DNA from: Lama guanicoe
Lineage: Eukaryota
DNA length: 64,000 bases
Direction: 5' to 3'
Assembly: GCA_013239625.1 (NCBI GenBank)
Contig: MU054323.1
Coordinates: 3,708,161 to 3,772,160 of the forward strand
Shown: in pieces, positions 48,741-60,319 of the stretch
Numbering within the stretch: the stretch's first letter is position 1
Layout: each line of letters opens with the position of its first letter
Program-made: the position numbers and the translations under genes
The notes under the pieces: model-generated
Databases searched by the model: none
What the model saw: the letters and a program-made list of their open reading frames with translations, nothing else
What the model was told of the DNA's origin: nothing

Positions 48741-50954
48741 ACTTGAATGGCTTCCCCATCCATCCATCTAGTATACATTTATTGATTGCTCACCAGGTGA
48801 GCATTGTGCTAGGCCATCAGGGATACTGAGATGAGAAAAACCTTCAAGGTGGGTGAGAGGGGAAAACTGATCACTTAACCACTGTGTGATAAATGCAAAA
48901 TTATAACTTTATATATGGAGCCATGCGCGCTGAGGAGGGGGGACATCTAGCCAAAACCAGTGGCTGGGGAAAGCCTCTTAAAGATGACAATGGAACCATG
49001 TCTTCAAGGACAGGTAGGATTTAGTCAGGTGGAGAAAGAATACAGCTGATGATGCCATAGCCTTCCTACACAGTTTTGGAAACAACTAAGAGCCTGATAT
49101 ATCTGCTCTAGGAGAGGGAAGTCACTTTACGTAGCGCTGAAGCACTGTCTGACACCATGGGTAAAGTCTTTAGACCTTGGAAAGAAGAAAGGAAAACAAT
49201 CAGCTTCCAGAGACTTTTGAGTTCCTTCAAGGAGATAAAAAGTTCTCTTCACGTGGAAATCCAGTGGTAGAAAATCTGACTTAAGATTTAAAGCCTGCTG
49301 ATTATGGTATAATAGTTTCCTAGGGGAGGAGAAAGAACCCAAAAGCCATCCACGCGATGTAGTAGGGAGACTGTTTTTAGGTAAACTTTCCTGTTGCTGC
49401 TTGACTGGATGGCACAAAGATACATTTTTCAGAAGTTTTAAAAGTTGAATAACTGAGATATACTGAACAATTCTGCAACAAAACCTGTGGCTCAAAACTT
49501 CTTTACAATGGGCAGTCCTGGATAGATGAAGTTTCTGAATGTTTGGGCTGAAATTGAACAGAGTATCCTTGACTAGAATATCTAAAATAGGGATACATCT
49601 TGTCTTGGGAACTGACTTTCAAGTTTGAATAATTTTCAGAGTTGGTTGGAAGGCAGGGGAAAACGCCCAGTATTTTTCTAGAACTTTGTGCCCTTTTAAG
49701 TTTCCTTATTTTCTCAAGAAGACTGGGACATATGTTGATTCAATTTTTACCAATATTAAATTACAGCATGTTTCCTTTTTTTTTCCATTACAGAAATAAA
49801 AGTTGCAATAAACTTCCTGTCTTTCTGTACCTTGTTTCACTTAGGAATTGGAATTGTATTATTCTAGCGGAGAGCTCAAACTTAGCTGGTAGAAAGGATA
49901 ATCAATTCATTGCAGGCGGTTTTGCATCATTAAACTAAATAATGCCTTGCTTTCCCAAATTCCACAAGTACATTTAATGCTATCTTAAAAAACAAAATAA
50001 AACCATTCCCTCTAGTTGGAAAAGTTTAGTCCTGTGACTGTGTGTTAATATTAACCTTGAAATGCCTGCCATCTACCATTACACCCCCATATTTCTTCGA
50101 TAAAAGTTTGAGTAAACTTATGGTCCTGACACAGTTACCATGAACAGCCCTCTATCTGGGAATGATTACACTTGCATATGGATTTAACTTAGGACAGGAA
50201 TAAGTTAGCACCTTCCTTTGACCTCTTTGTGAGCACAACATACAAACAGAATCCAGGAATGATGAGTACTTTATAGCAGCTGGCTTCCACAGGTGTACGA
50301 TGGGCTTTGACACATGATGGATCTAGTCATTCAGCAAGTGTGAATTTTGGAAGTGAGCATCTGCCAGTCTTATTATTAACTGGGAACTGAGTTGTTTTTA
50401 TGAACTTCCAGCCTTAAGAACTTAAATGCATTTTTGAAACAAATACACTTATAATTTATCTAAAAAAATAAAATACTGTTTTCCTTGTATTTTCACATAC
50501 TTCAATGACTGGAAACAGTTGAAAGCCCTGGAGAGAGGGTCCTTATGAGGCCCCAGCCTCCCCCATTAAGCTAGTGATGGTTTCCTTCTGGCTTCAAAAT
50601 TTCCATCTCTAGCCAATTGCTATTTTAGAAATATGATGACCACTATGGCCAGAAGATGAACACAGACTGGCACTTTCAAAAGTATTCTTTGGGACCAATA
50701 TTCTAAAAATACATTTTTAAGAACATATATATTTCTTGCTTTAAGATAATTCGCAGAAATATGAATTAATATTACAGACAATTTTAAATCAAATGTCTTA
50801 AAGCTTACGAAGAGATTCTAAACCCCGTGGGTTATCTAAAGTTTTACTTGCATACTGTAGGTTCCTGGGCCCTTTAAGAGCTGGCCATGCAGTGGGGCTC
50901 ATTCCACTGCATCCAGCAGATGTCACAGTTCAGCACCAACTGCAAAGCTCTATA

Positions 50955-51275
50955 CTAGCACAGTCCAACAGAAATAAAAAGACACACATGTAATTTAAAA
51001 ATTTCTAGTAACTACACTTGAAAAAGCATAAAAGGAATGGATAAGATTACTTTTAATAATATATATTATTTAACCCAACATACCTAAAATATTATCATTT
51101 CAACATGTAATCAATATAAAAATATTAATGAAATATACATATATATATTTTTTGGGGGGGGTACTAAGGTTCTGAAATCCAATGTGTATGTTACACTTAT
51201 GGCACATCTCAATTTAGAGTGGCCACAAATAACCACTTGTGGCTAGTGGCTATCGTGTTAGGTGGTACTGCTCTA
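50955..51275. mobile_element. MER33-like hAT-Charlie element
   Basis: cacagtccaacagaaat...acatgtaatttaaaaatttctagtaactacac...cacatctcaattt...ccacttgtggctagtggctatcgtgttagg. Confidence 0.75.
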
Positions 51276-51921
51276 TCCTATTCAGGATGGACAGACAAAC
51301 GAATGATGCCATCGGAGTACCAGGGCCAGTTAAATCCTAGGGTGCTTAGACATAATCTAAACCATTGGCCCCTCACAGTTTCAGAGACTGGTGCTTTCAA
51401 ATATGTTTGCATAAGATTCTAGCACTTGCTGTAGCAATTCACAAATGCTAAACATTTCAGTTGTTGCCCTTCTGGACATGCTCGTATAGAAAACTGGTCT
51501 TGGTGTCAGAGCTGGACATTCCTACTCAAATGCATTTGGAGAGCAAAAAAGATGGGCACACTGAGTCATCAGGTCATAGTGATGTTAGTTCTATCACAGT
51601 GTTTTACATATATTTTAATATAAGTTATTTATTCCATAAATATTGTTGAGAGACTTCTTAGTAGAAGGCTCTAGAGAGAAGTATTGATTCTAAAAATAAA
51701 CCCAACAAAAACAGGTGGTAAAACATATTTAAGTAACTAGGCAGTCAGCTTTACTTACTTTCTGTGCAACTTTCAAGGACTGCATTAATGTCAACTAGAA
51801 GTAGAACTCCATCTGAAATTCACAAACCCACGAGGTCTTGCAGAGTCTAACCAACTCTAGCCTTTCATCCTCGGTAAATATTCCTGCCCATCTACTCACT
51901 TTGCAGCACTGAAGTGATTAC

Positions 51922-52004
51922 CTTAGACAAATGTTCTTTTATGGTTTCGTTGTCTCTCTTTACCACCTCCATCATTTCTTGGCTCCCAAGGTAGGCAGCG
52001 TTAA
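51922..52004 (-). CDS. LDAH: LDAH penultimate coding exon
   Basis: tttttttttttaatgtAG|TT AAC GCT GCC TAC...TCT AAG|GTaatc; 83 nt encoding NAAYLGSQEMMEVVKRDNETIKEHLSK, splices in phase to 39600. Upstream exons lie beyond the right edge. Confidence 0.93.
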
Positions 52005-52859
52005 CTACATTAAAAAAAAAAAGCAGACACTTAGAATATATAGAACGAACACAAATGTCAAATAGCAATAGCTCCTGCCCTACCCTTTCCTTTCAGCAAG
52101 CACTATCTGATGTGAGACATTAGTAAGGCCAAGAGAGGTATGTGAGTCGGACGACATGCACCGTCTTGGAAACAAAAGCATGTCCTACAAAATGAACCTC
52201 CTCTCACCCTCACCTGGCTTTCTCAATAGTAACTTTTAGTAGTGTGATGGCCTAATGCCAGATACCACAGCAGATGTGTGTAACTGTACCTGATTAAGGT
52301 ATTTTTATGATTTAAGGATAAGAAGCACAAATTTTGACAGATAAATCATGTACACCAGGGAAACCACATACAGTTACTAACATGAAACTATCTTGTAATT
52401 TTTTAAAAAAGAACACAAAAAGAGTGTTTATTTTAGAATGGGTTTAAAGGATCTTTAAGAGTTGTTAATGAGAGGTAGTCCTATCATACTGACTGCAAAA
52501 TAAGCAGAGTGACCCTCATTTTCATGATGTCAAATAGAAAGAGGAAGAAGGGCAGAGAGAACATGGATTTATGTGACTTTCCGATACAGCTATTCAAATT
52601 TTCATTTGATTCTTTGTGCCTTGATTTCCACTTTGATTGGTATTATTATTATAATTTTGCTTTCTTTTCAGCGTCATCTGCCTATTTGTCCTTTCTTTTA
52701 TTTTTAATCTTTTGTCATTTTATTTTAAGTATGGCTCTTGAAATCTTCAGTGGACTTCTTTAAAAAACACAACTTGAAAGTCTCTCTCTTAAGTAAGGGG
52801 ACTTCACACATTCATGTATACTGATAGAAAAGATACTTGGTCTGACTCTAGCCTGTAGG

Positions 52860-53375
52860 CAGAATAAAGTAAATAATAAAGTTCACAGCAGTAATTAATG
52901 AAATAAAAATCAGAAAAACAATTGAGAAACTAAATGAAATCAAAAGTGAGTTCAATAAAACTGAGAAATCTTTAGCCAGACTGATCAGGAAAAAAATGTG
53001 AGAAGACATAAAACATTACCAGTATCAGGAAAGAGAAGTGACACCCCTACAGATACTACAGACATCAAAAGGATAATCAGGTAATTTTGTGGATAATTTT
53101 ATGTCAAAAATTCAATAGCTTGGAGGGAACAGACAGTCTGCACAAATTTTAAGCTCACTTGAAAATAAATAGATAACCTGAATAGTCTTATCTCTATTAA
53201 AGAAATTAAATTTGTAATTTAAATCCTCCCCACAAAGAAAACTCCAGGACAAGGTGAATTCACTGGTCCACTATACTAAACATTTAAGGAAAAAATAATA
53301 CTGATTCTATATAAATTCTTCCAGAAATGACTACACATATATGGATATTTAATTTTTGACAAAGGTAACATTTTA
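52860..53375 (+). mobile_element. Old L1 ORF2 fragment
   Basis: A-rich text (aatcagaaaaacaattgagaaactaaatgaaatcaaaag...agataacctgaatagtcttatatctattaaagaaatt...cccacaaagaaaactccagg). Confidence 0.75.
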
Positions 53376-53394
53376 GATCAGAAAACAGGTGGTC

Positions 53395-53960
53395 TGTGGT
53401 AGACAGAATTCTAAAATGACACACGTAATCCTTGCCATTTACAATTCTTCCCTTCTGAGTAGGGGTGAAACCTGTGAGTATGATGACATACTACTCCAGA
53501 CTAGATTATGTTATACTACAGTAGAGATGACTTTAAGGGAGATTATCCTAATCTTCTGAATCTCCTAAGGTCTAACCTAATCACATGAGTCCTTCAAAAT
53601 CTGAGTTTTCTCTCTGGCTAGTGGTAGAAGAGGAAGTTAGAGATTCAAAGCACTAAAAGGATTAAATGCACTGCGATCGTTTTGAAGAGGGAGCTCATGT
53701 GAAAAGGACCTGATCGTGACCTCTAGGAGTTGAGAGGCACCCTGCCTGACAGCCAGCCAGAAAATGAGGACAGCAGTCATAAAGTCACATGAACTGGATT
53801 CTGCCAACAATCTGAATGAGCTCAGAGGTGGATTTTTGGATACGCAGAAGCATAAAAGAGGCCTCTGAGATCCAGGCAATGGCGATTCTTGAGTTGGGAG
53901 GGAGTTACATGGGAGTTTGCTTTCTGATAATTCACGGAGGTAAAACATTTATGTTTTAAG
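53395..53960 (+). mobile_element. MaLR LTR (MLT1E/F-like)
   Basis: tgtggtagacagaattctaaaatgac...gacctctaggagttgagaggcaccctgcctgacagccagccagaaaatgaggac...aactggattctgccaacaatctgaatgagc. Confidence 0.75.
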
Positions 53961-54718
53961 CACTTTTCTATAGTGTTATTCTTAAATTTGAAACATATAA
54001 AAATTCAAATAACTTTGTAAGGAATCTTAGATTTCTAAAAGTAAATTTTCCATCAGGGAATGTACCTCACCTCACCTTTATTCCTATTCTTTTCTTTTCT
54101 GGTAATTCCCCATCCAGTTGTACTTTTTTGCTTGTTTGTTTTTAGAAAGTAGAATACCAGTTTCCTTTCCAGTAATTGCTCCAAGGAAGCCATCTTTTTC
54201 ATTCCTCAGAAATGCTCATAACATAACACAGTGGTCAGAAACAATAATACCAAATAGAAGTGTAATTTCCTAAGGGGAAAACACATTTCTCCTGGCAATG
54301 ACTGTCAACAGCATTCCTGGAAACCCAGCAGAATCCAGTTTCAAGCACCACAGTGAAGGAAATATCTAGTAGCAGGAGTAATGGAAATAAAACATGAAGG
54401 GAAGAGAATGATTTAGAAGAATGTTACTTGTTTACCTTTATTTCACTACAAATCTAAATACAGGTGTTAAAAAAAAACCTCACCTGAGTCTAACGTTCTA
54501 TTCTATTTGCTACCATCATCTTCTGAAATCTGCTTAGTGTTGAAATATTACTACAGGACTTCAACTCACAGTAGTGGCTAAAGGAATGAAATGGGTGGGG
54601 GCTACAGTTGGAAGGCCAAGGACATTCATCTCACAGGCTAAACGGTACCATTAAATTCCCCAAGTACACACAATCTACAATAGAAGGATGCCTTCCGTTT
54701 AACTCAATTACCTATCTT

Positions 54719-54979
54719 TTTTTTTTAATTTGAGGTATGGTTGATGTACAATATTATATAACTCTCTTGGATATACAACATACTGATTCACAATTTTTAA
54801 AGGTTATAGTCCATTTATAGTCATTATAAAACAATGGCTGTATTCCCTGTGTTGTACAATACATCCTTGTAGCTTATTTATTTTACAGATAGTAATTTTT
54901 GCCTCTTTTTCTTTTCTTTTTTACTGAAGTGTAGTTGATTTAGAATGTTGTGTTAGTTTCAAGTGTGCAGCAAAGTGTT
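54719..54979 (-). mobile_element. Two tandem cetartiodactyl-type L1 3' ends within one target-site duplication
   Basis: poly-T + tgaggtatggttgatgtacaatattatata...aaaggttatagtccatttatag..., then T-rich tract + actgaagtgtagttgatttagaatgttgtgttagtttc; flanked by AATTACCTATCTT / AATCACCTATCTT. Confidence 0.7.
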
Positions 54980-56474
54980 AATCACCTATCTTGATGCTGT
55001 TTTTCCCGTCAGGAAAAATCCCGACTTATCTTCAAGTCCATATTTGTCTGTCTTCTCCTTCATTACTTACCTAGGTGGAACTGATCTTTCCTCTCTTGGT
55101 ACCATTCCTGCCCTGTGTTCCTAACTGTGATATATTAAAATTCTTCACATATATCTCCCCTACCATGCTGGAAATAACCTAAGGGGAGCAGCTATATTTC
55201 ATTTATTATTCTCTCCAGTGATTATCCAAGTGCTTGGTTCACAGCAGGTGTCAGTAAGGGTTGTTAAACAAAATAAGTGGGAAGGGACTGAGCTGGTGAT
55301 TTTTTGGGTTTTTTTTTTTTTCTCTTTTGGGTTGGGGGGACATTGGGGAAGAACGGTCAGAAGGAAAAACCTGCTGCCTTCCTTGAAGCAGTGTGTGAGC
55401 TGACATCACAATGGAGGTCAGAACTGGAGGCTGAAGCACACTGACATTGGTAAGCCAAGCTGACAGGTACTGGTATAAAATGGACAAATCATTGCAGGCA
55501 AGGGGGGCAACCTAAGAGCTTCTGTTGAGACTGGCCCCAAACTAGGCCACATGAAGCACTGGTCACAGCAGTGAGGGAAAACGCAGAGGGAAGTAAAACC
55601 ACAATTCATGATACAACAGGAGGTTGGGGGAGATGTAGGAACAGTTTTCTTAAGTAGAACTTAAGGGATAAAAGCCATGTTGTCCTGCTGTTTTGGTGGT
55701 ACGTGATCTAGTAGCACTAGCAAGGTTTTCAGTAGAATGCCCCAGTTTGTTTTTGCCATTATGTTGGAGAGACAGAGATAGAGATGCTGCTGAAGCAAAG
55801 GGAAATACTGGAGATGGGCACAGTTTAATTAGGTCAGGTGAATTCTGAGGTAGGAAATCTCCCATACGTGAGTGTATACACTACTGTAAAATGTGATCGT
55901 CACTCCTGGTCTGTTCTGACCAAGATATTATGTCTAGTCACTTTGATTTTCTTTAAAATGGCTATTAGGTTCTATATGTCCAAAGTATGTCACAATTTTT
56001 ACAAGGAAAAAACCAATCCCTTAAAAAAATGCTCATTACAAGATTTGCTGGATTAGAAAAAGGACTTGATACATTCACTCCATGATGGGATGGTGGCTGA
56101 GGACAGTAGCAATTAGTAAGCACACAAATAGAGGGGAAACAGCAAAAAGTGTTACTTTCAATTCTCTTTAAAATAAGAAGTGTAATACTCACAATCATGG
56201 GAAGTGAAGTGGGCTCCGCTGTGGGTAGGTACATCTAAATGTGCTTCAAAGAGGGCCTCCCACAAATAAACTGCAGACCCCAGGCTGAGGTTGTCTTGTC
56301 GGGGCTTGTGAAGCCCAAAGACATTCTGGAGGGACATGGCTGTGGTGGACTTTAGTTATGGTGGAGAGGATGGAGTTAACTGTCTAGGTTACTAGTTAAC
56401 TAGCATGGAGTTAACTAGCTAGGTGTTTGGTAGGTCCATGGAACATGAGTACCAAGATCGTCATAAAGTGTGGC

Positions 56475-56966
56475 TGTAGTAAATACTATGTACCTACCCA
56501 AAAGCCAGCTTAAAAAAACTCCTCATTTCCTTGACTAGAGACATGGGAAAGTCAAAACATACGACTTTTCCGTAGCCCTTATAGGTAGGAATATGGCCCA
56601 GTTCTGGCTACTGATGTACAGGCAAAGTTCCTGGGGGAGGGCTTCTCCATCTAAATAAGCAATGCCTCACCAGGATAAGCCCTCTGCTTTTGCCTCATTT
56701 CTCTTAATTTTGTCTGAATGTCAGACATGAAGACTAAAGTGGCAGAAGTCATCATGTGATCATGACGAGCATGAGGATAAATGTGTTATGGACAAAGACC
56801 GGAGATCTTCTAGAACCACATCCTTGATGGCACTGCTGAAATATTATTTACCTCTGGGCTTTCCCCTTTATACTTCTTGGTGCATGAGAAAAATAAATCC
56901 CTATCTGTTTAGGTCACTGTATTTTAGTTTTCTGTTATCTATAGCTAAACGCAATCCTAGCTAATA
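56475..56966. mobile_element. ERVL LTR16A-like solo LTR
   Basis: tgtagtaaatactatg...ggcccagttctggc...gtggcagaagtcatcatgtgatcatga...tgagaaaaataaatccctatctgtttaggtcactg...ctaaacgcaatcctagctaata. Confidence 0.65.
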
Positions 56967-59900
56967 AAAATAGGGGCTCTGAATTTTCTGGGTGTTTTTG
57001 GTCAACAGGAGTTGATGCTGTCCTTAACCTTCATGAGACTCTGGTACTTGAGTCGGGGAGAAGGGTGGCATCAAGTCTTGTCTATACACTCTGGGACTTG
57101 CCTGAAAGGAGGCAGAGGTAGGAGCTGACTTAAAAAGAGCCTTTCCAAGGATAGCCCCTCCGAGCACATCTTCTGACAGGTCCTGAGGCTGGCAAGACGT
57201 TGCTGAGTGCAAAGGAGTTCAGTACGTGCAAGCCAAGCAGGGCTCCAGGGTAGCAAAATTCTTGGGGTTCAGGACAGACTGTGAAACTGGGTGCTTCTGG
57301 AGAGGTGAGTACCCCACACTCCAGCAGAGCTCCATCTAGACAGAGCTGCTCAGGCACAGTTAAGGCTAGGCACTCCAGGAAGCCTAAACCAGGAGAGTTT
57401 TTCGAAGGTAAGCAGGATGTCATACGCTCAGGAACCCCAGGTGAAGACTTCTTACAAGGGGGTGTTCTTTGCTAGGTCTCCATTTTTTTTCCAGATTATT
57501 TTCTACCTTTCCTATTAGGGTCAATTGTGGTTTTGAACAATGTGAAAACCGTATCTAAAAAAGTAATTCTCCCATTCTAAAATTTTAGCATAATTTAGAG
57601 AAATGTTTACTATTTACACAATTTATTGTTTCTCTGTAAGTCAAGACTTTTGTTATTATAGCCATTGATTTAATCTGCGAACAGATAATCTTATCTATGT
57701 GACACTGAGTTCACTAAAGTGAAACACACAACTCAAGGTGTATGACTTTTTAAAAAATAATACAACTTTTTAGAGTGGCAGGTAGTTTAAATACATACTA
57801 TATACATATATATAAATTTCTATAGAAAAATAATAAAACTTTCATTGAGTCATTTAATTCTAAACCAGGGATGATATTCTAGTACTATATTTAATCACTT
57901 TTTGCTCTAAATTCTAATACTGATTACACACAAAAAAATCTTTTCCTTCATTGCTGAATTATAGGCTAAACTTCCATGAATAATTAAAGCTACAGTTGGC
58001 TTTTATAAATGGATTTTCCTAAACTCCACACAAAAATGAGAGAGTAGGTAACGTGGGAGTCTGGTTTTGTCTTGTTTGAAATATTATTCTGGGATTAAGT
58101 AAAAAATATTCTGAGAAGAAATTTGTGATTCTTTAGTGGAGCTATGTGTCAATTCATTGAAAAGTTCATTTCATATCACTGTACAAGTTTTACAAAGTTA
58201 TTTCCTTATTGATTAAGGAAAGGAAAGATTATGAAAGTTTCTTTTACAAGAATATACGTAAAAGTAACGTACTCTACCAGGAATGCCCTTTGTCTGCACT
58301 ATGTTTTTCTAGTAGGTAACTGAAAGGAACTAAAACATCAATTTGGCTTAACTAACAAAAAGACCCTAGAATATTTTTTAACGTTAATTATCTTGACCTA
58401 TAATACTGCTAAGTTAAAATATATTTGCTTTTAGCTTTGATCAGAAAATCCAATTTAGCTGTCTCAGTGAAAAGTCTATTTCTCACAAAATAGAAAAACA
58501 TCTATTCTAAAGAAAGTATGTAGAAGCAAACACTCCAGAATTAAAATTAAACGAAAAAAACCCCCATATATTTTCTTGAAAAATAACATTTTAAACAATC
58601 TAAGTACATAAAGTCGAACAGATGAATACTGTGGTAAAGTTTATAAAATATGCTAATTGAATTAAGGCTCCTCCACCCTGAATGCTGAATAGGAAAGGAT
58701 GTTTTCCTCACTCAGTCTGGGGAAGAAGGCCAGCCAATACATAGAATCCCAGCCTATAAGAAGTGCCATTTTTGCCAAAAGAACAACAGCATTTGAAATA
58801 CTTGAATATTTTGGTTCCTTGAATTTTTCAGACCTTACTAAAACAACAACAAAAATATGTGTATAAACTAAAGGATATAGAAAATCAGTTTCTATCCAGA
58901 TAGGTCAGGATTTATTATCCATTACTTGGACCGGCAAACTTCCTCCATTTGTTTCCATAAGATTTCTGCTGAAGCACAGACATTACCTAATGTGCAAACA
59001 CCGCAAGACCTCCTAGAAGTCAAGCTGGCACGTTAAAGGTCATTGTCTGGATGACAGTCGAGCCACAAAGAAGCAGGTCTGGAGGGGGAAGGTCTGGATG
59101 GCACAGATACGACCACTGAGACTGCTCTCAGACCTGGCAGTCCTTTCCCTTGATGACCCCTCTCTTTGTGTAACATGAAAATCATGCCACCAACTCAAGT
59201 GGTTGGTTTGAATATTGATTACCCTTTATCATTCACGGGATATAAACTCAGGAGTCCACTAACCATCTGCAAGGGCCAGGGTCTTATGAACATCAGTCTC
59301 TCTCAGCTGTGACCTTCTTCCATTTGTAGTAAGGAAGGTAATAGGGATCACTAGAGGGATGGCCAGGGCAAGACTGGGTAAAGGCAGCTTCTGTGGTAAC
59401 TGCTGCCAGAGGAGGCAAAGGTGACACGGGATCCTAAGGGGAGAGGTAGAAAGAGGCTGCTAGGATGACTGAGGTGCTGGGTTAAGGATTAGCCTAGGGT
59501 CTCTACTAGGAGACTGAACTAAGTATCCAAGTAGAGAATAAACCAAGAACACAAAGCAGAAAGAAGACAGGTAACTCTTGCTTCCTTTCTCTTTACTCAA
59601 GGTTAAATCTTTACTCAAGGTTAAACAGACTGGGTGGGTAATGGCGAAAAAAGAGACCACTGAAGTACTGGTTACTTGGCTATCAGAAAGCCAGATGCAG
59701 AATGAAGAGAATACAAAATCAGAGAATGAATGGATGTCAGAAATATAAGGACTGTGCTCCAAAAGTTTGTTTACAAGTTAATTGTTTGGAACAGGGATAA
59801 AGCAACTGGCCAAGTGTTCAGTCTGGTTTACAAAGTCTATTTTGCAAATAGTGTAACTCTACTATGGCTGGGAAAGAAATCCCAGGGTTCCCCATGCAAC

Positions 59901-60319
59901 AGTGCAGCTGGAAGGCTCTGGTTGCCTTGAGTCAGGGAGGTGAATGTGTCCTGTGTCCAAATTGACTTGCTCCTTGATGCTTGCACTTGGGATTCCTGGA
60001 AGAGTCAGTAGGAGGTCAATCACTGCAGTTGAAAGGAAGATTCTTTTCTTTCAAAGTGCAGCTTATGGAGCGTACTTCTCTAAGAGGGTGTTTATAATTC
60101 TGATGTAGAAAAATTGGGACACAAACCTTTATATAGTTATTTTAATTAAACATCAAACATGATTATATGCCATATGTGATGTGTTGTATAGTCACTAAAT
60201 ATACATATAAAACAAATAAAACTGTCTTACATCCCATGTCCTGATTTGGGTTTAGAAAAATATTTCTAAAGAGGTATAGGGAAAGCACAGTTAGTTGCCT
60301 GTCTAATGCCTATCAGAAA

